Positions 45,265-54,107 of a stretch of 64,000 nt of DNA are shown here, one piece after another. The DNA lies in assembly GCA_003162695.1 (NCBI GenBank), contig PMML01000112.1, positions 1,073-65,072 of the forward strand. The letters are read 5' to 3'. Below the pieces are notes generated by a model, which was not told the DNA's origin, searched no databases, and worked only from the letters and a program-made list of their open reading frames with translations. This stretch comes from Ignavibacteriota bacterium (lineage in GTDB: Bacteria; Bacteroidota; Ignavibacteria; UBA10030). Both the position numbers and the translations under genes were made by a program. Each line of letters starts with the position of its first letter. The stretch's first letter is position 1.

Positions 45265-47232
45265 TTAGTGAATTTGGCGGCCGGTAAATTGATTTGCAGA
45301 GACGAACAGTGAATCAAATTGTTCCCGATAGATTTCACTTTGCAGAGTATCATGCTTCATTTCTGTTTCGGCAAAAGCTAAATAAAGGAACGGCAGCGGG
45401 AAATGAGGGTTAATTCTTACCGCCTTCTTTAATGTATCAATGGCATCGCTGCCATGTCTGCGGTAAAACGATGATACGCCGTCGGCATAAATAATAAAAT
45501 ATCCCGAAGGATTAAGAAAACGTGCAACATGCAATACAGCTTGACCTGTGTCGTACTTGCCGAAGGCGTTGTAAATAATACTTAATAACGCCCATGACCT
45601 TGAAGATTGCGGAAATTGCATCACAGCCGATGTGGCTAAAACCTTCGCCCGTTCATAGTTTCCCTGTCCCATCAAATCAGCAATATCTGTATTCATGCTC
45701 GTGCATGGGGCAGGATTGACAAAGTCAGGGAGGGAATCCAGCGCAAAGATTTCCATAATTTGAGGGAAAAGTTCATTTGTTTGAAAAACGGGATTTCGCC
45801 GATCGATATCACACCAATCACGGAATGTTGCAATATATGTAACATGTTCTCTGTACAGCCATGCGAGCAACCGGTTCTTTTCATGGATATACGGAATCGC
45901 AGCAGGCGTAATAAGGCCGACCATGTCGATAATTTTTCGTTCGGAATAATATCCAAGGGCGCCGACATCGTGAGCCGCAATAACAGCATCTGCTGGAAGG
46001 TTGTCTTTGATCCATACAGCCGTTCTAATCTGTCGTTGCAGCGTATAATGACTGGAATCGCTCACATAATTTCTGTACCGCGGAATTGCTCTGATTTCCA
46101 TCCATAAACCGCCGCAAAGGATAAGGACAACAAGGCCGTTTTCAAGTACGATGGATAATTTCCTTCGTTCGATCCTTTGCACCATCATCATGAACCGATG
46201 AATGCCTTCTAAAGCGAGGAGAATAATAAACGGCAGCGACGGCATAAGATAGCGTCCGTTCTGATAAACCCGCGGAAGATAAAACCAATAGGCCATGTTC
46301 AGAAAGAGGATCCATATCAATGCGGGCAAAAGATCCAGTGATCGTCGATGCTTCAGTGAAAACACAAGAACGACTATGCCGGCAAATGCCGACAAAAGAA
46401 CGAGCAGGCTGGTGTCCTCGTAAACAAACTCCCAAGCCCATTTAAGGAAGATCAACGTCAATGATTCATAATACTTCCCCTTTGCGGCGAACGTATTTGG
46501 CAGTAATGTTTTTGATAAATGGTAATTGAACAAACAATATGCAGCAACAAAGGCGCAGATAATCAGTGTCGACCACAGGAATCGGCGTTCCTTTGATAAT
46601 GATGCAGTTGGATTACATTGTATTTTTTCCTTCAAAATATATCGCTTATAGATACTAAAGCCGAAAAGAATACAAAGAAAAATAACAGCTTCGGGCCTGC
46701 ACCACACCGACAAACCGCCGGCGAATCCGAACAGTATCGGACTGCGCACAAGATAGAAATACCACATCATCAAGAGCAGTGCAATAAACAGCGTTGTTTC
46801 CATGCCGGAAACGGCGATAAACTGCAGGTGCGGCTCGAACAGCATAAGAGCCGTTCCGCCTAATGCCAGAATTTGCTGATCCGGAAAAAAGAGTTTGGCG
46901 AGTTTGAAAAAGAACCATCCTCCAAGACATAATCCTGCACAGCCCACAATATTGCTGAGTATGATTTTATTTGCAGATAAATGCCACAGGACAGCCAACA
47001 AAATCGTGTACAACGGCGATGTAGACCCTGAAGATGATTCGACATTCTTGAAAAATGAAAAGCTCCCGTAAGCAGCGATATTTTTTGCGTATTGAAGATG
47101 AATCCATGCATCGTCGAATGCAAAGAGGTATGCACCGTTTTGCATCCGGTTTTGTTGGATAAAACCGAAGAGCGACATTGCGGCAACAACCATAAGAAGC
47201 AATAACAATATTGATATAAGTTTCGTTGTCAT
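45265..47232 (-). CDS. polytopic membrane protein, GT-C-type glycosyltransferase-like (ArnT/PMT/DUF2723-like) with C-terminal TPR-like region
   Basis: The 655-aa product has about 12 hydrophobic segments. An acidic first-loop motif 'FDDAWIHLQYAKNIAAYG' follows TM1. The soluble C-terminal ~200 aa carries TPR-like repeats ('GNYERAKVLATSAVMQFPQSSRSWALLSIIYNAFGKYD'). Confidence 0.5.
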   Translation of the reverse strand: MTTKLISILLLLLMVVAAMSLFGFIQQNRMQNGAYLFAFDDAWIHLQYAKNIAAYGSFSFFKNVESSSGSTSPLYTILLAVLWHLSANKIILSNIVGCAGLCLGGWFFFKLAKLFFPDQQILALGGTALMLFEPHLQFIAVSGMETTLFIALLLMMWYFYLVRSPILFGFAGGLSVWCRPEAVIFLCILFGFSIYKRYILKEKIQCNPTASLSKERRFLWSTLIICAFVAAYCLFNYHLSKTLLPNTFAAKGKYYESLTLIFLKWAWEFVYEDTSLLVLLSAFAGIVVLVFSLKHRRSLDLLPALIWILFLNMAYWFYLPRVYQNGRYLMPSLPFIILLALEGIHRFMMMVQRIERRKLSIVLENGLVVLILCGGLWMEIRAIPRYRNYVSDSSHYTLQRQIRTAVWIKDNLPADAVIAAHDVGALGYYSERKIIDMVGLITPAAIPYIHEKNRLLAWLYREHVTYIATFRDWCDIDRRNPVFQTNELFPQIMEIFALDSLPDFVNPAPCTSMNTDIADLMGQGNYERAKVLATSAVMQFPQSSRSWALLSIIYNAFGKYDTGQAVLHVARFLNPSGYFIIYADGVSSFYRRHGSDAIDTLKKAVRINPHFPLPFLYLAFAETEMKHDTLQSEIYREQFDSLFVSANQFTGRQIH

Positions 47233-47321
47233 ACATTTACTGATGAGGAACGCTTTACCGATGGAAGTGGCTCCTTCTCTACGGCAATGCTTTATATATT
47301 AACTGATATTATGCAAAAAGC

Positions 47322-47369
47322 AAAAAAAAATCCCGCCTGCGGCAGGCAGGCCGCCAAAAAAATGCGGGA
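47322..47369 (-). terminator. orphan Rho-independent terminator (minus-strand orientation)
   Basis: A GC-rich hairpin GCCTGC-ggcag-GCAGGC sits inside an outer TCCCGC/GCGGGA pair. Read on the minus strand, it is followed by T9 (the complement of A9 at 47322-47330). No T-run follows on the plus strand. Confidence 0.5.
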
Positions 47370-48087
47370 ATGGCATTACTTTTTATTTCTTGCGTAATAT
47401 CAGTTATGAGGCAACTTTCAACACTTGGTCAATGACGATTTTCTTGGTTTGCGCCAATTTGATGTACCGACAAATGTGTACGAATAATTAATTACTGTTG
47501 TCAATCGGTTTTGTCGGCAAAAATCCTGCACAAATATAATTAACCGCCGCGTTGAAAGCAATTCATAAGACAAAATCCCTCTCAAAGCTTTCCGGATGGG
47601 TATATAAATATCTGAAGCTCTAGAGTTCTGCACAGCGGGTTATTCAACGATCCAAATTCTCCCGTAAAAAAACAGGATGTATGTCCGCATTATTCATTTT
47701 TATTTTTTCCAAATCCCTTTGTAAATGTATCGGTCGGAATTACAAGAATGCTGACAGGCATGAGAATGCAATAAAGCAGATAATAAGTCATATTTGCGCG
47801 ATATTATTTCCATGGGATTAATGACCGGGTAAAAAACAATTATTTCAAATTAAACTGAGCGGTTGCAATATTTAAGAGGGAAAGAAACTTCATAAGCATT
47901 TTTAAATCAACTGCAAACACGATTACCCTTCAGATATGGTCGGATGGATGTTCGATGATTGGTTTTTTTTGCGCGTTTTTCAGGCGGAACCTTCCGCTTT
48001 CTCCCGCGTCTATACAGGCAATGGACCGACGGCGACTTTTTCGCCGCTTTGCATTGCGGACAAAATCTTATTCTTAGGAGTGTTCCA

Positions 48088-49005
48088 ATGAAAAAAATGA
48101 TTATGCATTGTCTGCTCCTTGCTGCACTTGCTCCATGCGGTGCGCGGGCAGCGGAGAATGAGCCGGGTCAAAAGATGACGAGGTCCGGTTGGATCGGCGT
48201 CTATGTCCAGGATGTTGATAATAAAATTGTAAAGAAAGAAAATCTGAAGAATAAACAGGGTGCGTATGCTGCAGAAGTGATCGATGACAGTCCGGCGGAT
48301 TCGGCCGGACTTTTGCGCGGCGATGTCGTCATTCGTTTTGCGGAAAAAACGATAGAAAATGCAGACGATCTTCTGCGTGCTGTTCGCAAGACTAAGCCGG
48401 GAACACAGGTGTCCCTTCTGGTTGTCCGAAAAGGGGAAGAAAAAGATTTTTCATTGAAAGTCGGAACATACCGCATGAAAAGGGAATTCGGATTCAGGGG
48501 TAGGCCAATGCTTCCGGAAATGCCCTTTATGTTCAATGCTCGAATTCTTGGATTGCGGCTTCTTCCTTTAAATGAACAGCTCGGTGAATATTTCGGTGCG
48601 CCGAAGAATGAAGGAATGCTTGTTCAAGAGGTCACAAAACGAAGTTCCGCTGCTGAAGCGGGCTTGAAAGCAGGGGATGTCATCCTTCAGGCCGGCAAAC
48701 GGACCGTACACGAGACAAAAGACATTCTCCTTGAAGTGAGAAAATGCGATGAAGGCGATACCCTGTGGCTGGCTGTATTGAGACGCGGAGAAAAAATGAA
48801 TATTCCGGTTATTGTGCAGGAAACCGATTGTGAATTCCATGATTTCCGATTTACTGCTCCACGCAAGCACTTTCACGACTTCTTCGGCGATGGAGCGGAG
48901 TGCATGAATTCTTTTCTTGATAATTTTGATGATCATAGAGAAATTCGCTCCTCGCCGGACGAAGATGCGGATTCCATATCCAGCGGCATGAGCGATCAAT
49001 TCTGA
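48088..49005 (+). CDS. secreted tandem-PDZ protein (no protease domain)
   Basis: AGGAG lies 8 nt upstream of the ATG at 48088. The signal peptide is 'MKKMIMHCLLLAALAPCGARA'. The two PDZ blocks are 'GAYAAEVIDDSPADSAGLLRGDVVIRFAEKTIENADDL' and 'GMLVQEVTKRSSAAEAGLKAGDVILQAGKRTVHETKDI'. No trypsin-like His/Asp/Ser region is present. Confidence 0.8.
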   Translation: MKKMIMHCLLLAALAPCGARAAENEPGQKMTRSGWIGVYVQDVDNKIVKKENLKNKQGAYAAEVIDDSPADSAGLLRGDVVIRFAEKTIENADDLLRAVRKTKPGTQVSLLVVRKGEEKDFSLKVGTYRMKREFGFRGRPMLPEMPFMFNARILGLRLLPLNEQLGEYFGAPKNEGMLVQEVTKRSSAAEAGLKAGDVILQAGKRTVHETKDILLEVRKCDEGDTLWLAVLRRGEKMNIPVIVQETDCEFHDFRFTAPRKHFHDFFGDGAECMNSFLDNFDDHREIRSSPDEDADSISSGMSDQF

Positions 49006-49038
49006 CAAGTTCCCCCTAACCTCCTTCTTGGTGGATGA

Positions 49039-49077
49039 CATCCGGTAAGTCAGCAATGGCTGCCGGATGTTTTTTTA
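49039..49077 (+). terminator. Rho-independent terminator after the PDZ gene
   Basis: The stem CATCCGG...CCGGATG (7 bp, 17-nt loop) is followed by T8. Confidence 0.6.
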
Positions 49078-49101
49078 TCAATAGTCGATGCTTACCGGTC
49101 A

Positions 49102-49194
49102 TGAACCAGTCAAGAAACGATCCTTTAGCTGGTGAACATGCAGCGTTGAACCCAAGCATGTTGAACATTGAACCATGTAGCATGAACCACGAAC
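49102..49194 (+). repeat. array of TGAAC(C/A) direct repeats upstream of the kinase/activator operon
   Basis: TGAAC starts at 49102, 49133, 49147, 49162, 49169 and 49183, with GAAC at 49191. Spacings are 31, 14, 15, 7, 14 and 8 nt. Several repeats are preceded by CATG/GTTG. Confidence 0.6.
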
Positions 49195-49246
49195 TTTATT
49201 TCTCACTTGCCTCTTTGCATCGCATCATGTAATTTGTAATGAAGGC

Positions 49247-50656
49247 ATGACAAAAAAATCTGCAATATTTTCCGAATTCGAAGACGTCGTCGATAAACTG
49301 CCGGATATAATTTTTATTCTTCAAGAAGATCTCACCGTTCTTTTTTCCAACGCTTGTGCCAGGGAATTGTTCGGTTCCCGGGCCATTCTTTCCGCAAACA
49401 ATTTGTCCGGCCTCCTTTTACCCGAAGAGCGCGAGGCTTTCCATGCATCTCTGCCATGGAAGGATGGAATGAGCGGAGAGATACAGTTCCTCTCGGAAAA
49501 CGGAGCAATGACGCATGCAATATGGAAAGTTCGGGCCCTTCAGAAAGGCAGGCGAACGGCCTGGCTGTTTATTGCACACGATACGACGATTGAAAAGCAA
49601 AAAGATCTCGATCTCCTGCGTTTTTCCAATGTCATTCAGCGTACGATCAATCCGATTCAAATTACCGACGCAAGCGGAAATATGGTATATGTTAATCCGG
49701 CGTTTGAAAAAGTCAGCGGATACACCTCCGCAGAACTTATCGGCAGGAATCCGCGTATCCTCAACAGCGGAAGGCACAGCAAAGAATTTTGGTCCGGCGT
49801 ATGGCAGCATATTTCTTCGGGCAGGATCTGGGTTGGAAAGATTGAAAATCGGCGCAAAGACGGGAGTCCGATTTTTATGGAAGTGGTTCTTTCTCCCATT
49901 ATCGATGCGGCCGGCACGATTCTCGGGTATCTGGGAGCGCATCGCGATATCACCGAGCAGAAAATTCTCGAGCAGCAGCTGATTCGATCTCAAAAAATGG
50001 AAAGCATAGGAACGCTTGCTGCAGGCATCGCTCACGAAGTGGGAAACCCCCTCACGGCCATTTCTTCTCTTGTCCAGGTCATACAACGCACAAGCAGCGA
50101 CGGGTTCGCAAAAGAAAAACTGGAACTCATCAACAGTCAAATCAATCGGATTACCAGAATCATACGCGAGCTCGTCGATTTCTCCCGCCCCTCGACCTAT
50201 ATCGTTAAACCGACGGATATCAATCAGGTTGTCAGGGAATCGCTCAATATTGTCCGCTACGGCAAGAAGGTTAAGAATATTTCGTTCGAGCTTCTTTTTG
50301 CCGACGAACCGCTTGAAATTACAGCAGTCCCCGATCAAATTGTTCAAGTGTTTATCAACATTCTTATGAATGCAGTCGATTCTCTCGAAGGGCGGACAGG
50401 CGGAATATTGGTCTCGAGCCGGAAGAAAGAACAGACTGTGGAAGTAACGATTCGCGACACCGGAAAAGGAATTGAATCTTCGGAACTTGAGAAGATCTTT
50501 GAGCCGTTCTATACTACAAAAGAAGTCGGGCGGGGAACCGGCCTCGGCTTATGGGTCAGTTATGGAATTGTTAAAAGTTTCAGAGGCGATATTTTTGTCG
50601 AAAGTATTCCGGATCGCGGAAGCACGTTCACGGTCAGCTTTCCGGTGAAAGGCTAA
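49247..50656 (+). CDS. cytoplasmic PAS-PAS sensor histidine kinase (NtrB/AtoS-like)
   Basis: It has no TM segments. A PAS block 'ITDASGNMVYVNPAFEKVSGYTSAELIGRNPRIL' is present, with the H-box 'GIAHEVGNPLTAI' and the G-box 'GTGLGLWVSYGIV'. Confidence 0.85.
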   Translation: MTKKSAIFSEFEDVVDKLPDIIFILQEDLTVLFSNACARELFGSRAILSANNLSGLLLPEEREAFHASLPWKDGMSGEIQFLSENGAMTHAIWKVRALQKGRRTAWLFIAHDTTIEKQKDLDLLRFSNVIQRTINPIQITDASGNMVYVNPAFEKVSGYTSAELIGRNPRILNSGRHSKEFWSGVWQHISSGRIWVGKIENRRKDGSPIFMEVVLSPIIDAAGTILGYLGAHRDITEQKILEQQLIRSQKMESIGTLAAGIAHEVGNPLTAISSLVQVIQRTSSDGFAKEKLELINSQINRITRIIRELVDFSRPSTYIVKPTDINQVVRESLNIVRYGKKVKNISFELLFADEPLEITAVPDQIVQVFINILMNAVDSLEGRTGGILVSSRKKEQTVEVTIRDTGKGIESSELEKIFEPFYTTKEVGRGTGLGLWVSYGIVKSFRGDIFVESIPDRGSTFTVSFPVKG

Positions 50657-50658
50657 GC

Positions 50659-52026
50659 ATGTCAAAAAGTATTCTTGTTGTCGACGATGAACAGATTATC
50701 CGCGAATCATTGTCGTTCGTTCTGAAAAACGAGGGCTTTACAGTTGCCGAATCTTCCAACGGCAAAGAGGCGCTCGAGCGGCAGGAGGCGGAGCCATTCG
50801 ATATTATCATTACCGATATTGAAATGCCGCATATGAAGGGAGTCGAATTGCTGAAGCACGTTCGACAACGTACACCCCAGACTTCTGTGATTATTGTAAC
50901 GGCATTCGGGTCCGTAGAAACAGCTATTGCGGCGCTGCGGGAAGGTGCTGCCGATTACATCTTGAAGCCGCTCAACTTCGATGATGTGATTTGCCGGATA
51001 AAAAAATTGCTGGAATATCAGGCGCTGGCAGTCGAGAATTCAATGCTGCGCCAGGAACTGCAGAGGACATACGATTTTGACCATATTATCGGCCAAAGTT
51101 TTTCGATGAAACGTATTTTCAATGTTATTGCGCGCATCGCAAAAAGCGATGGAACAGTGCTTATCACGGGAAAAAGCGGAACAGGTAAGGAACTGGTTGC
51201 CCGCGCCATTCATTATCATGGTCCCCGGCATGAAAAACGTTTTGTTCCGATCAATTGCGGTGCGATTGTAGATACGCTTTTTGAGAGCGAACTCTTCGGG
51301 CACAAAAAGGGATCGTTCACCGGCGCAACGATGGACAAAGAAGGCCTTTTGAAAGTTGCCGATGGGGGAACGGTTTTTTTGGACGAAGTAAGCGAGATTC
51401 CGATGCCGCTTCAGGTCAAATTGCTGCGGGCGCTCGAACAAAAGGAAATTACACCGGTCGGGACGACAGACCCGATCATCGTTGATGTCCGCATTATTGC
51501 AGCTACGAACCGGGACCTGCGCAAAGAAGTCGAAGCGGGAAAATTTCGGGACGATCTCTATTACCGGCTCAATGTTGTGGAAATCGACCTGCCGTCCTTG
51601 AAAGATCGGACTGACGACATACCGCTTCTTGCGGAACATTTTCTCGATTTGCATAAGCGGCATATGAATAAACCTATCAAGGGATTTTCCAATGATGCGA
51701 TGCGTGCGCTTCTCCAGAACCATTGGAAGGGGGAAGTGCGGGAATTGGAAAACGCTGTCGAGCGCGCCGTGATTTTTTGCGATGAAGATCTTATCGGCCT
51801 CGAGCATTTGCCCGAATATATTCATCCGGCTGAAACCGCCGATATATCGTCCGATGCATCCAGCACGGGTGCGCTTAAAGAAGCAGTGCGAACATTTGAA
51901 CGCCAATTTATACAACAGGCTTTGGCATCTCATGGTTATAATAAAGAAGCCGTTGCAAAAATTTTAGATGTCAGCCTTTCTTCTCTCTACCGTAAAATTG
52001 AAGAACTCCAAATTCATTCCCGATAA
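50659..52026 (+). CDS. sigma-54-dependent response regulator (NtrC family enhancer-binding protein)
   Basis: REC is marked by 'ILVVDDEQ...DIIITDIEMPHMKG'. The AAA+ domain has 'ITGKSGTGKELVARAIH', 'ESELFGHKKGSFTGA' (a GAFTGA variant) and 'FLDEV'. The C-terminal Fis-type HTH is 'NKEAVAKILDVSLSSLYRKI'. Confidence 0.92.
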   Translation: MSKSILVVDDEQIIRESLSFVLKNEGFTVAESSNGKEALERQEAEPFDIIITDIEMPHMKGVELLKHVRQRTPQTSVIIVTAFGSVETAIAALREGAADYILKPLNFDDVICRIKKLLEYQALAVENSMLRQELQRTYDFDHIIGQSFSMKRIFNVIARIAKSDGTVLITGKSGTGKELVARAIHYHGPRHEKRFVPINCGAIVDTLFESELFGHKKGSFTGATMDKEGLLKVADGGTVFLDEVSEIPMPLQVKLLRALEQKEITPVGTTDPIIVDVRIIAATNRDLRKEVEAGKFRDDLYYRLNVVEIDLPSLKDRTDDIPLLAEHFLDLHKRHMNKPIKGFSNDAMRALLQNHWKGEVRELENAVERAVIFCDEDLIGLEHLPEYIHPAETADISSDASSTGALKEAVRTFERQFIQQALASHGYNKEAVAKILDVSLSSLYRKIEELQIHSR

Positions 52027-52241
52027 GGCATAAAGTCTTACATATCTTCGCTATCGGTGTCTGCACTGCCGGTCCGTGCATTTTTCAAGAGGGAAAGTGT
52101 TTTCCGACAGCGGCCGGGAAACAATTCCGATTTGTAAGAAACAAAGAAAATGGTTCTTCTTAAGAACAACAATTGTACTAAGCTGTTTTCATTCTTCAAG
52201 ATGAATTTCAAGAAAATCCCGCATTCTTTTGCCTTCTATAC

Positions 52242-52257
52242 TGGCACATTCCTTGAA
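52242..52257 (+). promoter_or_regulatory. candidate sigma-54 (-24/-12) promoter
   Basis: TGGCACATTCCTTGAA matches TGGCAC-N5-TTGC except that the last C is A. It lies about 40 nt upstream of the ATG at 52297 and 215 nt downstream of the sigma-54 activator gene. Confidence 0.4.
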
Positions 52258-52296
52258 GAAATGTATTTGACAAAAGTTGAAGGATTTTTAAGATTT

Positions 52297-52713
52297 ATGT
52301 TCGAAAAAACGCCAGATATGATCCGCAGAAATGATCCGGGAACGGTTCGATTATCAAAGCACCGCATCATTGTCTTCAGCCCTGATGCCGACCTCGCCCG
52401 GTTTTTGTTGATGGATATGGAAGAGACATGCGAGATCGTCCGGCTTCATACTCTGAAAGATTTCAAAGACGCGCTGTCAGGAACGAGCTCCAGCGTTCTT
52501 GTCGTCGATTTGTTCTCGTTCTCCGATGACATTGTTAGACAGCTTGCTCTTCTTGACTCTTTTGCTTCATCGATTCCTCTCATTGTGCTTCGCGCTTCAC
52601 GTCTTCTGGCGCCGGAACTGAATGCTGCCATCGAAAAAGCGGCTTCGCGCATTTTCTTTAAGCCGGCAGATGTTGAATTGATACATCAAGCCGTTCAGGA
52701 TATGCTGAAGTAA
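52297..52713 (+). CDS. receiver-like (degenerate REC) single-domain protein
   Basis: The product has the REC layout. 'HRIIVFSPDADLARFLL' lacks the acidic DD pair. 'VLVVDLFSFSDD' retains the phospho-acceptor-position Asp, and 'RIFFKPADVELIHQAVQDML' retains the Lys. I chose the start at Met50 of the track ORF (52150), downstream of the candidate promoter. Confidence 0.5.
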   Translation: MFEKTPDMIRRNDPGTVRLSKHRIIVFSPDADLARFLLMDMEETCEIVRLHTLKDFKDALSGTSSSVLVVDLFSFSDDIVRQLALLDSFASSIPLIVLRASRLLAPELNAAIEKAASRIFFKPADVELIHQAVQDMLK

Positions 52714-52820
52714 ATTTTTGCCGTGTTCTCTTTTTTAAGTTTGCAAATATTTGACATCATGTAAAATCCTTCCTACCTTTTTGTCTGTACGATCGATCTT
52801 TTTCCGATAATGGAGCATTC

Positions 52821-54050
52821 ATGGTAAAGAAAATATTTTTTTCACTTGCCCTTATTTTAATTATATCCGGATTCGTTTTTGCACAAACAACACGGCACGA
52901 TAAAGCCGTTTTTATCGACACAAAAAACGAATTCTGGGACTCTCTCACGACTGCGCTGAATAAGTTTCATAAGAAAGATGCGTCGCCGAAGAAAAAGCTT
53001 CTTGTCGATTTCAGCGCATTTAATCCTCCAAAGACAATCGACGAGTTTACCCGATACTGGCACAACAAGCCGGTTTCGCAGGCGAACTCGGGCATGTGCT
53101 GGTGTTTTTCGGCCACATCATATTTTGAATCCGAAATCTATCGTTTGACCAAACGAGAGGTCAAATTGTCCGAACTATATACGGTGTACTGGGAATATGT
53201 AGAAAAAGCGCGCGGCTTTGTCCGTACCCGGGGCGAGCAATCGTTCGGTCAGGGTTCGGAATCGAACGCCCTGCAAAGGATATGGAAAAAATATGGGATC
53301 GTTCCGGAAGAAGCATATACAGGACTTCTCAATGCACAGCCGTTTCACGATCATACGAAATTATTCGAGGAGCTGGAAGCGTATTTGAAATCGGTCAAAG
53401 CGTCGAATGCGTGGGATGAAGATGCCGTCGAAAAAGCAGTCAGAGGAATTCTCAACCATTACATCGGCGAACCGCCGTCTGTTATAACGGTTGAGAATAA
53501 AAAAATGACACCGAAAGAATATCTGACGAATGTTCTTAAATTCAATATGGACGAATATGTCGATCTTATTTCATTATCCGATCGTTCGGCCTATGCGTGG
53601 TCCGAATTCGATGTCGAGGACAACTGGTGGCACAGCAAGGAATATTTCAATATTCCGCTCGATGTGTTTATGAAGACGGTTAAAACGCTGATCCGTTCGG
53701 GATATACGATCGTTATCGGCGGAGATGTTACGGAACCAGGGATTGAGGGACATGCCGGCATCGCCGTTATACCGACATTCGATATTCCTTCGGATTATAT
53801 CGACGAAAATGCCCGTATCTTCCGCTACAAAAATGGAACGACCGGCGACGATCATGGAATTCATATGGTCGGCTATACGGAGAAAGACGGCAAGGATTGG
53901 TACCTTATTAAAGATTCAGGATCCGGATCCCGGAACAATTCCCATCCCGGTTATTATTTCTTCCAGGAAGACTTTGTGAAGCTTAAGATGCTTGGTATGA
54001 TGGTTCCCAGGAGCGCGATACCGGAAATTGCTGCAAAGATGACCCCCTAA
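52821..54050 (+). CDS. C1-family cysteine peptidase (aminopeptidase C/bleomycin-hydrolase-like), secreted
   Basis: The signal peptide is 'MVKKIFFSLALILIISGFVFAQ'. The catalytic Cys lies in 'QANSGMCWCFSATSYFE' and the His region is 'DDHGIHMVGY'. Confidence 0.8.
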   Translation: MVKKIFFSLALILIISGFVFAQTTRHDKAVFIDTKNEFWDSLTTALNKFHKKDASPKKKLLVDFSAFNPPKTIDEFTRYWHNKPVSQANSGMCWCFSATSYFESEIYRLTKREVKLSELYTVYWEYVEKARGFVRTRGEQSFGQGSESNALQRIWKKYGIVPEEAYTGLLNAQPFHDHTKLFEELEAYLKSVKASNAWDEDAVEKAVRGILNHYIGEPPSVITVENKKMTPKEYLTNVLKFNMDEYVDLISLSDRSAYAWSEFDVEDNWWHSKEYFNIPLDVFMKTVKTLIRSGYTIVIGGDVTEPGIEGHAGIAVIPTFDIPSDYIDENARIFRYKNGTTGDDHGIHMVGYTEKDGKDWYLIKDSGSGSRNNSHPGYYFFQEDFVKLKMLGMMVPRSAIPEIAAKMTP

Positions 54051-54107
54051 AATCACATCGTATATTCTGATAAGGGGAAAAGCGGCATTGAGGCGGCACG
54101 ATTTGCC

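Noticed and set aside
52150-52296. The receiver-like ORF has a 49-codon N-terminal extension.
   Set aside because: The extension is AT-rich and low-complexity, and it would place the candidate -24/-12 promoter and the repeat motifs inside coding sequence. The recognisable REC fold starts after Met50.
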